Positions 9,776 to 17,639 of a stretch of DNA of 64,000 bases are shown here, piece after piece (within the stretch, counting starts at the first letter, position 1; the number at the start of each line of letters is the position of its first letter). The notes beneath the pieces are model-generated. The model was not told the DNA's origin. It searched no databases and was given only the letters and a program-made list of their open reading frames with translations. The DNA is from an uncultured delta proteobacterium. GTDB taxonomy: Bacteria; Bdellovibrionota; FAC87; UBA2466. Where the stretch lies: NCBI GenBank assembly GCA_963778115.1, contig CAVZSV010000004.1:1952001-2016000 (forward strand), read 5' to 3'. The translations under genes were made by a program, and so were the position numbers.

Positions 9776-11449
9776 CTAAAACGACTTCGCAAACTCCAGT
9801 AGTACTTTCAACGTCAGCGAAATCCCCTTATACCTAGGGGTCAGATTGAGTCTTCTATAAATGTTCTTTAAGATCCGATCCCCCTCTTCTCCGACCGCTC
9901 GGACCTCTTCAGGCCGCGGATGCGACTTACCCCGGGCCTCCGACAAAAGGACGGTGAATTTGTTCATTTCGGCCCGCTCCGAATCCAGCATCACGTGAGT
10001 TTCCACGGTCTCTGATAAAATGCTCAATAGTTCCAGAGCCAACTTCCCCGTAATTGAAGATCGCAAACTCGCCAGGGTTAGAATATTAAACTGCCTTCCG
10101 TAAAAATCCGCCATGTACTGGTACCTGGGGTTGATACTCGCTTTGAAAAACGGAGAGCTAATCTGAAGAACCAGCTGTTTTAGGGCGAGCAATACAAAAG
10201 CCCTGCCGTAAGTGGCATCGGTGTCGTCCGGATTTAGTGTGCCCAAAAGAGCAGCGGTCTTTTCCATAATAAGAGCTTTCTCTTTGTAGGCAAAAAAGCT
10301 CATTCGACTGAACTCTTGTTCCAAACGAGCGATCCCAAAGTTGGTGAGATTCACTGGGATCTTCACGTTAAAACGGCCGTAACAACTAAGCCCTCGATCG
10401 GTCACCAAACAGGTCTCTCGATCACTCGCAAATTCCTCCTTATTGGAAACGACCTCGATCGCAAAATTAAGTGAGTTCTTAAGGATGTTTTCCATCCAGG
10501 GATCTATCATTCCCCAACACTGAAAAGGCCCCGTCTGCACCGAGCACGTTCGGTAGCTGGAGGCGTCGAGAGAAACTACGTCGCTCAATTGGCGAAAGCT
10601 CCCTTTGATCTCATTTCCGAAATCTAAACCCCAACATTGTCCGAGTTTCCCCACTTGCTGGCAGGCGTGTGCGAGGCCTACCGTGACAGACACCGGATCG
10701 GATCTGTTTTCCCTTTGCATTCTGGGAGTCGAACGAATCGCGGCATCGATTTCTGCGATCTTGCCTTTGGCGGGTGGGAGCAGCAGTTGGTCGAATTTAT
10801 CTTTTTCGTTCACCCCTCCGAAACACAGGGTAACCAGTTCAGGGGTGACTCCGCAGGCATAATAGGTGCCGACTCCAAGTGCGATGAACCGTTCGTTCTT
10901 GAGTTTCTTGGATTCCTCAAAGATTCGACTCCACCTCACTTGCCCCGGTCCGCCCTCGCAGACTAAATGCTTATTCGCGTTTTCTGGATCGTAAGCACAA
11001 ATATCGGAACTGCCCGCAGCTAGAAGCTGGACGTGCGAGAGATCTTTGAACTTATCGGCAATCTGGGCTGCTAGGATTTCGGACTGCTCGTCTCCCGCTT
11101 TGCCCCAACACTTCACCCGATTGAAACCGTCTCGCATCGCATCGATTACGCAAGTATAGTCTTTAAAACGCGCTCCCAGGTGAGAGCCCGTTACTATGGC
11201 GATGGGATTTTCTAATTTCATCTCGGGAGGAATGGGAAGGGGCTCACCGTTCGCATTCCAGCAAGCGGCTTCTTTAGTTTTAATCGCCCCTACCGCTTTC
11301 ACCGCACTTTCAGCGTCGGTCTCTAGCTTTGTGACCGGCTCGATGAGTGCGCAGACGTGGTCCGTCGCCACGGCGACTTCAGCGCTAGCGAATCCCTGAC
11401 AAGGGAGTAACACTAGTAGCAGTAAGACCCCTCTCCTTACATTGACCAT
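9776..11449 (-). CDS. secreted protein with RCC1/BLIP-II-like repeats and helical C-terminal domain
   Basis: Signal peptide after ATG 11449; repeated G..(H/Y)xC and xCWG motifs (VKCWG, GQCWG, FQCWG, LCFG, SCYG). Confidence 0.6.
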   Translation of the reverse strand: MVNVRRGVLLLLVLLPCQGFASAEVAVATDHVCALIEPVTKLETDAESAVKAVGAIKTKEAACWNANGEPLPIPPEMKLENPIAIVTGSHLGARFKDYTCVIDAMRDGFNRVKCWGKAGDEQSEILAAQIADKFKDLSHVQLLAAGSSDICAYDPENANKHLVCEGGPGQVRWSRIFEESKKLKNERFIALGVGTYYACGVTPELVTLCFGGVNEKDKFDQLLLPPAKGKIAEIDAAIRSTPRMQRENRSDPVSVTVGLAHACQQVGKLGQCWGLDFGNEIKGSFRQLSDVVSLDASSYRTCSVQTGPFQCWGMIDPWMENILKNSLNFAIEVVSNKEEFASDRETCLVTDRGLSCYGRFNVKIPVNLTNFGIARLEQEFSRMSFFAYKEKALIMEKTAALLGTLNPDDTDATYGRAFVLLALKQLVLQISSPFFKASINPRYQYMADFYGRQFNILTLASLRSSITGKLALELLSILSETVETHVMLDSERAEMNKFTVLLSEARGKSHPRPEEVRAVGEEGDRILKNIYRRLNLTPRYKGISLTLKVLLEFAKSF

Positions 11450-11460
11450 AACTTCCTCAC

Positions 11461-13011
11461 TTACCCTTCTACCTTTTGTTTCAAAATCTCTTCCGCTTGC
11501 ACCAATAGAGAGATGAGCTGACTTGCTTCGTGCGCGTTCTCTTTTAGTAAGGCTTTCCATGTCGAACCTATATCCTCTACCGAAGGACGGAGTCGCTTAG
11601 TATCGGTAACCGTTACCAGCTCCCAATCCGTGACGAGAAGCTCTCCGATAAGCGAAATCTCTTCCAATAGCGCATTGGCCTCAGGCGATTGTGTTTTGGG
11701 AATAAGTTCTCTACTGGTTGCCGTTAAATTCTTCCCGATTTTTTCTAAATCGTCTTTTGCGGTACTTTCGATCTTCTGGCCGAACTTCTCGGTGGGAAGT
11801 CCGGTTACCGTTAACTCTTTGAGTTGAAGTAGCGAGAAAAAATTCCCCAAGGATGCAAAGGGGACCGCTACAAATCGATTTCTCTCTTTCGTGACAAATC
11901 GCTTTAGCACGCCTTTGGACTCTAAAGGCGAGGTCATCAGTTTCATACTCCTGAGCAATCCCGTACGTTCGGAGTAGGGCCAATGAGTGACTCGAGTTGC
12001 CTCTCTCTCGTCGTGCTCCACTAAAATGTGAATGGCCGGCCCCTCTTTAGGCGCGCCTCCGACACCCTCGCCTCCAACCCCCTCGCCTCCGTTACCTTTT
12101 GGTCCTCCGGGATCGTTTGTCTCGATGGAGGTGTCCTGTTTTTTAGGGGCTTTGGGAAGCGCCACCGGAGTAAAAGCAAGTCCAGAAGAGAATACGATGT
12201 CTTTGTGAAACCATTGCAAATCCGGATCCCTCACAAAGCCAGGAACATATTTTTCGGGTGAGCTGAAATAGGTCAAAAGCCAATTTCGAATGCTTGACGC
12301 CGGAACTATGAGAAGATGATTGATGTTATGGTTCGGCGTGGTTTCGGTTCTCTCTTTCGGTACAGGCTCCCCGCCCTCCACCGGCTCTAGGTATTGGTGG
12401 GAAAGCATTCCCACTAGACCCTTTGCTTGGCCTTTGTTCGTTTTGCGGTAAACGGGGCCTCCGCTCATTCCGTATTCCCCGTTGGACCCAAGAACTTCAA
12501 TCATGTAGGGAATATTAGCTATGAGTCTCCAAAATGCTTTTGGTAGATATACCGTCCCATTCGGATCGGCGCGTATTTCCGAAGCCCTTCTTGGCGAGCC
12601 CGCGATAACCAACCCTTCGTTAGCTCTTAGTTCATCCAAATCGAAAAGTTCATCAAAAGACCCGACGTCGTATTTCAACTTATCCACGACCAGTTCCAAC
12701 AGCGCTACTCCGAAGGCCCAATCTACGGCAACTAGTTTGGCTCCTACAATCCCCTGGCTCATGTTCTCGACGGTATGACAAAATCGTCCGTTCGCATGAA
12801 AGATTCCATGCTCTGAGGTCAGCGCGTAAATCTTTCCCCCTTTCCGAAATAGCGTTCCCGACTCCGCGAATTTCAGATTCATGTTTTCGCACATTCCCGA
12901 TCGCACTTTCACCCACGCATCGGCAGAGGGGTATTCCCTATCGACATCGGCCGAACCTCGACCGCACAAAACGATTAGGCTACCTACCAGTACAGCATTG
13001 AGGTATTTCAT
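11461..13011 (-). CDS. secreted trypsin-like (S1) serine protease with C-terminal extension
   Basis: ALTSEH (catalytic His), GMSGGP (catalytic Ser) and an N-terminal signal sequence. Confidence 0.65.
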   Translation of the reverse strand: MKYLNAVLVGSLIVLCGRGSADVDREYPSADAWVKVRSGMCENMNLKFAESGTLFRKGGKIYALTSEHGIFHANGRFCHTVENMSQGIVGAKLVAVDWAFGVALLELVVDKLKYDVGSFDELFDLDELRANEGLVIAGSPRRASEIRADPNGTVYLPKAFWRLIANIPYMIEVLGSNGEYGMSGGPVYRKTNKGQAKGLVGMLSHQYLEPVEGGEPVPKERTETTPNHNINHLLIVPASSIRNWLLTYFSSPEKYVPGFVRDPDLQWFHKDIVFSSGLAFTPVALPKAPKKQDTSIETNDPGGPKGNGGEGVGGEGVGGAPKEGPAIHILVEHDEREATRVTHWPYSERTGLLRSMKLMTSPLESKGVLKRFVTKERNRFVAVPFASLGNFFSLLQLKELTVTGLPTEKFGQKIESTAKDDLEKIGKNLTATSRELIPKTQSPEANALLEEISLIGELLVTDWELVTVTDTKRLRPSVEDIGSTWKALLKENAHEASQLISLLVQAEEILKQKVEG

Positions 13012-14924
13012 GATTTCTCCTTCAAGAGATAACGGCTGCTACGAGCTTTCCCCTCGCGAATTATTTTCCCCTCTTCCAACCAATTCTTTAAAATTCTATT
13101 TACGCTACTGCGAGGACGCCCCAGCCATGCTTCGACTTGCGATCGTGTGACTCCCTCGGTCCACGGAAGCTGGGACCACGCACTTTCCAGCCGCTTACTT
13201 TCACTAAGGCGGGGCGACACCGATGCCGATTGCGCCTCGACAGGATCTTTAAACAAACGGGCCATCAGATTCTCTAAATCTTGATCGAGACCGGATAAAG
13301 GCATCGCTTTCTTGAATCGAATGCCGCCCCAATCTCCTTCCGCGAATACATGCCCACTTTTTAAACCAAACCTTAATTGATCTCCGACCAGGCCTTTCAT
13401 TCGCGATAAGAGATTTTGAATTTTCGGGCCGTGAATAAGCGCGTCGTAATCCGGGATTTGAAAGCAGACCCGCGAAAACCGATCGCAAGGCACTCTGGGA
13501 TTGAGACGAAGTAAATGAAAAGCCGCCGCCATTGAGAGAGAAATAGTCGGCTCTCCTCCATGCATGGGTCTTATTTCACCGGAGCCGAGATTAACGGAAA
13601 TCCTACCCGCCTGGCTTCTGCGGAAAGAGTCGAACAATACTTCTGCCAGATCCGATAGGTGTTTGGGTAACACCTTCGACTTTCCCATCGCATATTCCAC
13701 CATCTCTTTGAACTCCAACTCTTTGGAGTTCCATAACGGGTTGTTTTGTAAAGACATGAAATACTCCGCCGCCAAAGCTTCTTTGCCATCACGGATCGCA
13801 ATCAGGTAATGAATGACGAGACTTTCAAGTTTTAGGACCGGATAGTGCGCCCTGGAACTGGGTTTCAACTTTCCGAGGAGCCTATTCGCCGGAACTTCGC
13901 TGGAAGGATCGAAAAAGGAAAGCCACAAAAGTCCATTCGCAAACAGTTCGTGATCCTCCACGGTCAAGCGGTGAATGAATTGCTGCGGGATGAATTCTCG
14001 AAGAAGCAAAAGTATCTTCTCTCCGGCACCACTCTCGGGGGTCTTAAGCCAACGCCACACCCACAAATAAAATCGCTCCACGAACTCCGAGGGCTTTGTA
14101 AGTTTCTTTTCATCGGGATGGATCATTCCCTGCAATGTCCGTTGCCGATAGGCCTTGTGGTGCTGATAAGACGGCCCCATCGCAAAGCGAGATAATTCCT
14201 TTTCGGTGAGATCGCGGTGAAAAGCGTGGTAGGGGAGCTGAGATACCCACAAGGAAAAGTAGTATCCCTGGTCCACAGGCCCAGCCGCTCTTTTTCGCTC
14301 CGTTTCAAATAGTTCACGGAATTCTCCGTCGCGAAAAAGCTCCCTTAATTTCAATGCGGCGAGCTGCGATTCGGAACGGGTTACCACGGAAGGTTCCTGT
14401 GTTCTCTTTAGATCGGACTGAACTTCTTCTATCGCATCCGAATACGGGAGCCCTAAGTTCTCAAGAGTGAACAATAGATTTACGTCAGCAATCAGCTTTT
14501 GAGTGGGGCTGGTGACTCGATCCCGGGCTCTTAGATACTCCTCGAAAGCTAGCGTAAAATCGCCGGAGGTATAACAAGCCATGCCCCTGGCGTAGAAAGT
14601 CCAAAAGTTCAAGTTCCGCTTAGTACTTTTCGCCGCGGTCTCAATCCACTCCAAGAGTTGCTTTGCATAACCGTCATCGCCAATGCAGCGAGAGAGTTCG
14701 GCACTGAGACTTAGCACCTCGCACTCCAGCTCCCCTCCCTGAAGCAATATATTAACGACTTGGTTCTCCGTGAGATGGCCTGTGGGAATTGCTAACTCTA
14801 ATTTGATTTGAGTCAATAAGGCGGCCGCATCGTCAAACCGCAGATCGATCTTGGCATACCAAGCAGCGTAGAGCCTTGCTCTGGCATCCGTAGCACTTCG
14901 TGTTTTGTTTTCCGAATCGCGCAT
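13008..14924 (-). CDS. TPR-like helical protein with C-terminal winged-HTH (putative regulator)
   Basis: TPR-like YARGMACYTSGDFTLA; C-terminal TRSQVEAWLGRPRSSVNRILKNWLEEGKIIREG wHTH pattern. Confidence 0.6.
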   Translation of the reverse strand: MRDSENKTRSATDARARLYAAWYAKIDLRFDDAAALLTQIKLELAIPTGHLTENQVVNILLQGGELECEVLSLSAELSRCIGDDGYAKQLLEWIETAAKSTKRNLNFWTFYARGMACYTSGDFTLAFEEYLRARDRVTSPTQKLIADVNLLFTLENLGLPYSDAIEEVQSDLKRTQEPSVVTRSESQLAALKLRELFRDGEFRELFETERKRAAGPVDQGYYFSLWVSQLPYHAFHRDLTEKELSRFAMGPSYQHHKAYRQRTLQGMIHPDEKKLTKPSEFVERFYLWVWRWLKTPESGAGEKILLLLREFIPQQFIHRLTVEDHELFANGLLWLSFFDPSSEVPANRLLGKLKPSSRAHYPVLKLESLVIHYLIAIRDGKEALAAEYFMSLQNNPLWNSKELEFKEMVEYAMGKSKVLPKHLSDLAEVLFDSFRRSQAGRISVNLGSGEIRPMHGGEPTISLSMAAAFHLLRLNPRVPCDRFSRVCFQIPDYDALIHGPKIQNLLSRMKGLVGDQLRFGLKSGHVFAEGDWGGIRFKKAMPLSGLDQDLENLMARLFKDPVEAQSASVSPRLSESKRLESAWSQLPWTEGVTRSQVEAWLGRPRSSVNRILKNWLEEGKIIREGKARSSRYLLKEKS

Positions 14925-14932
14925 TATATTTC

Positions 14933-15745
14933 TTACTCTTCTTTGACCTGCTCACGTCGTTTCTCATCGAGCAGACGTGCGAGTCTAACGGCGTCGATGT
15001 AAATATCGTGGGCAGCTTCAATATCAATCACCAGATCTTTAATCTCTTTGTTGGTATTGTTCTTGGCGCTAAAGGCATTCAATGCGGGATAGAGATCCAT
15101 CAGCTCTAGGGAAATAGGCAATACGATGTGAAAGACTTCGGCGTCATCGGTAGGAGCCAAAGGGCGAAAAGCTTCTACTTTTTCGTGGACGTCAATGAGA
15201 CGCCTTGTGAACTCTTGGGCTTCTTTGCCAGGAACATCCTTCATAATCTCGATGAGCGAACTTAATCTTGCTTCAATGATGGTAAAGGCATTTTTCGTAG
15301 TCTGTGGCTTGGAGTAGTCGAAGTTGTACATTCGGCCCAGCTCTCTACCAATGGCAAATAACGTTTTGAACGCCGCCTCGGAAGCTTTGGGTGCTAAGGA
15401 CGTCACCGTGTTTTCCGACCATTCGTACATCCGAAGTGAGGACTCCAAAATCTTAAGGGGCCGACTGATAGATTCCGCCTTTTGGAAAGCTTCTAAAACG
15501 TCCTCGGCGGATTTTCTCAGGAAAGCGACACGAGAGTATTCCGAAACTTCGATGAATTGCTGGTGGATATCGATAATTTCGATCTGATTCTTGAGAAGTT
15601 TGGCAGCCCTGACGAATAGCTCGTTCAGATTCATGGCTACCGGTTCGTCAGCTCTAGAGAAACTTGCCCCTAGAATCAGCCCTATCATGAGCGCCCAAAG
15701 CGTGGGTTTGCGGAACGTGACTCGCTGGATTCGTATCGCCGGCAT
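14933..15745 (-). CDS. hypothetical secreted helical protein
   Basis: 270-aa ORF with signal peptide (..ASFSRA/DE) and GGGAGA RBS. Confidence 0.7.
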   Translation of the reverse strand: MPAIRIQRVTFRKPTLWALMIGLILGASFSRADEPVAMNLNELFVRAAKLLKNQIEIIDIHQQFIEVSEYSRVAFLRKSAEDVLEAFQKAESISRPLKILESSLRMYEWSENTVTSLAPKASEAAFKTLFAIGRELGRMYNFDYSKPQTTKNAFTIIEARLSSLIEIMKDVPGKEAQEFTRRLIDVHEKVEAFRPLAPTDDAEVFHIVLPISLELMDLYPALNAFSAKNNTNKEIKDLVIDIEAAHDIYIDAVRLARLLDEKRREQVKEE

Positions 15746-15763
15746 TGGTTCTCCCTCGTTCTT

Positions 15764-15835
15764 CGTTCCTTCTAAATAATGCGCCGCATAAAGACAAGAC
15801 GTTTCTTCTAAATCATTTCGTATCTTCTAACTTCT
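15764..15835. repeat. three imperfect 17-bp direct repeats (core CGTnnCTTCTAA)
   Basis: cgttccttctaaataat 15764-15780, cgtttcttctaaatcat 15800-15816 and cgtatcttctaacttct 15819-15835. Confidence 0.6.
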
Positions 15836-15842
15836 AGAAGAT

Positions 15843-15953
15843 CAGACCACCGTCCGGAATAAGAAGATAAGAAGCAGCCCGAGACTCTAGAGATTCAGGT
15901 TATCCTTACGATTAACCTTAACCTTAGTGGCCTCGGGCTGCGGCTGTGGTCTG
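15843..15953 (-). ncRNA. candidate structured RNA (long nested hairpin), family unknown
   Basis: CAGACCAC/GTGGTCTG (15843-50/15946-53), GCAGCCCGAG/CTCGGGCTGC (15874-83/15932-41) and inner AGGTTA/TAACCT stems; GUAA tetraloop on the minus strand. Confidence 0.45.
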
Positions 15954-15967
15954 GAGTGCAGACGAAA

Positions 15968-17008
15968 CTACGTTCCTTGCTTCAAAGGAGGTAACACCTC
16001 CCCCTCCTCCGTAGGTGCTGGCAACATAAACCCGGCACGCTTGCGAGGAGCCGGAGGAATAGCATTGCCGACCGGTTGAAAGTCTTCCGGACGGAAATAG
16101 AACTTCGCTTTATCGTCGATAAGCTTTCCGATGGTCCGATAGGCGAAAGGCCACGCTTTCTTGTCGGGTGTATTGGTGAACGGTTTCAAGAAGGGCTCCG
16201 ACCTTACCATTTGAATGCGAAGTCTTCGAAGCGCTTCTAGCGTTGGGAATGAACCGCCCTCAACGACAGTGCCCACTTTGACGTCTTCGATAAGTTCACT
16301 GAGCGGATTAGCAAAGTCAGCGTAGGAAGCATCCCCGCGAGCAAAGCTGGCACCCATCCGATCGAGAAGGCGATCCAGACATTCCACAAGGTAGTACCAT
16401 CTACCCTCGTCGTCGGGCATATGCCGCAGAATTTCCAGAGCCAGATCCTTTCGGAAATCAAACGTAGATTCCCCGATCGGATTCTGTTCGTAGCTGGGAC
16501 GGAAATCGATTCTGCCATCGTCCCAAGGAAGCGGCCGGAAAGCATAGTCTACAGCGTGCGGTCCAAGATCTACTTGAACGACCTGGACGTGCAGGTGGCT
16601 TCCACAATGGTGGGAGACCACGATCTTGCGAACCTCTCCTTCGTCGAATTTAAGGTAATACCATTGGGGCCATTCCGGAACGGCCTGAATTTCAAATCGC
16701 TTCGCACCGTTCTCGCGGTTGACGGCCGAGATCTCAATATCTCCAAGTGCACACCCTTGAGTGTTGGCATTGAAGAATAATTTACTAAGAGCTCTTGGTC
16801 CGTATGGAATATGTAATTCCTTTCTCTCATCGCGACGCAGATCAAAGGTACTTCCGGGAAGCGTTACCCGCTCAAACCCATACGGCATCTCTTTTCTCAT
16901 CGCTTCAAAAACCCAAGGGTTGGCCTGGGCGGAAGTGATAACTCCCGCGAAAAACAATAGGGCCGTAGCCGCAAAGCGACGGGCCCAAGAATGGCTATTC
17001 GACTTCAT
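15968..17008 (-). CDS. hypothetical secreted protein (beta-rich N-domain, helical C-domain)
   Basis: ATG 17008 with AGGAGAGG RBS; signal peptide ending in SAQA. Confidence 0.7.
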   Translation of the reverse strand: MKSNSHSWARRFAATALLFFAGVITSAQANPWVFEAMRKEMPYGFERVTLPGSTFDLRRDERKELHIPYGPRALSKLFFNANTQGCALGDIEISAVNRENGAKRFEIQAVPEWPQWYYLKFDEGEVRKIVVSHHCGSHLHVQVVQVDLGPHAVDYAFRPLPWDDGRIDFRPSYEQNPIGESTFDFRKDLALEILRHMPDDEGRWYYLVECLDRLLDRMGASFARGDASYADFANPLSELIEDVKVGTVVEGGSFPTLEALRRLRIQMVRSEPFLKPFTNTPDKKAWPFAYRTIGKLIDDKAKFYFRPEDFQPVGNAIPPAPRKRAGFMLPAPTEEGEVLPPLKQGT

Positions 17009-17306
17009 CGATCCTCTCCTGGTTAGACAAACAGACGCGAACAACTGCCGCGATGGGTCACGATTACGAATTCGAATCGACTAACTCAAACAGTAAAAAA
17101 AATTATTGAGACGATGAGTGGGAAGAAAATAACAGCCCCTATCGGAGGGGAGGAGACTAGGGAGCTAGGGAAATCGTATCGAGGGATAGCTAATCGACTC
17201 ATTTCTTCCCAAATAAAATGTTTACAGGCTCACAAACTCGATTGACTCGAAGCGTCACTTCCGTTACGGTCCCGTTCATACGTGTTGGGTTTTCCGCGGA
17301 GGGTTC

Positions 17307-17639
17307 GTGAGCGTGAAGGTGTTTTTTTCTTCTTGGCGGCTGCAAGGGTGGTGGCTGACGCTTTTTCTCTTCGGCGCCTCTTCTGCCCATGCCTACTTAC
17401 AAATTCAACTCTACCCCAAATGGGCGGTTCTCCTAGAAAAGGAATCGAAAGTCTACTTTCAAGAATGCGGGCTTCTTCCTCACTGCGAATTCCCGTTGGA
17501 CGCCATGGCTCCCCAGGAACTTCTGCAGTTTTGTGCGAATCTTTCTCAGAGGCAGCCTCCCGTTATCGTCTGGGGAGTGGGTTACCGAAATTGGGTAGCG
17601 GCTCATTATGGAGTCGCAAAACCTGGGGCCATTCTATGA
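17307..17639 (+). CDS. array copy 0: signal peptide plus conserved N-terminal domain only (or truncated remnant)
   Basis: AHAYLQIQLYPKWAVLLEKESKVYFQECG...C...YRNWVAAHYGVA matches the N-domain of the downstream paralogs; its stop overlaps the next ATG (ATGA). Confidence 0.65.
   Translation: MSVKVFFSSWRLQGWWLTLFLFGASSAHAYLQIQLYPKWAVLLEKESKVYFQECGLLPHCEFPLDAMAPQELLQFCANLSQRQPPVIVWGVGYRNWVAAHYGVAKPGAIL

Noticed and set aside
15764..15835. Mini CRISPR array
   Set aside because: The repeats are only 17 bp, imperfect and irregularly spaced, and there are no cas genes in the window.
15852..15880. SRP (4.5S) RNA-like words GTCCGGAA...GAAGCAGCC; also considered 6S RNA
   Set aside because: The upstream TCAGG half of the SRP loop is missing and extra bases break the GGAA hairpin. 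The element is too short and its bubble too asymmetric for 6S.
17282..17635. N-terminal 118 aa of the 600-aa ORF 17282-19084
   Set aside because: It overlaps the paralogous 17307-17639 gene in another frame; the signal peptide and family homology begin at ATG 17636.
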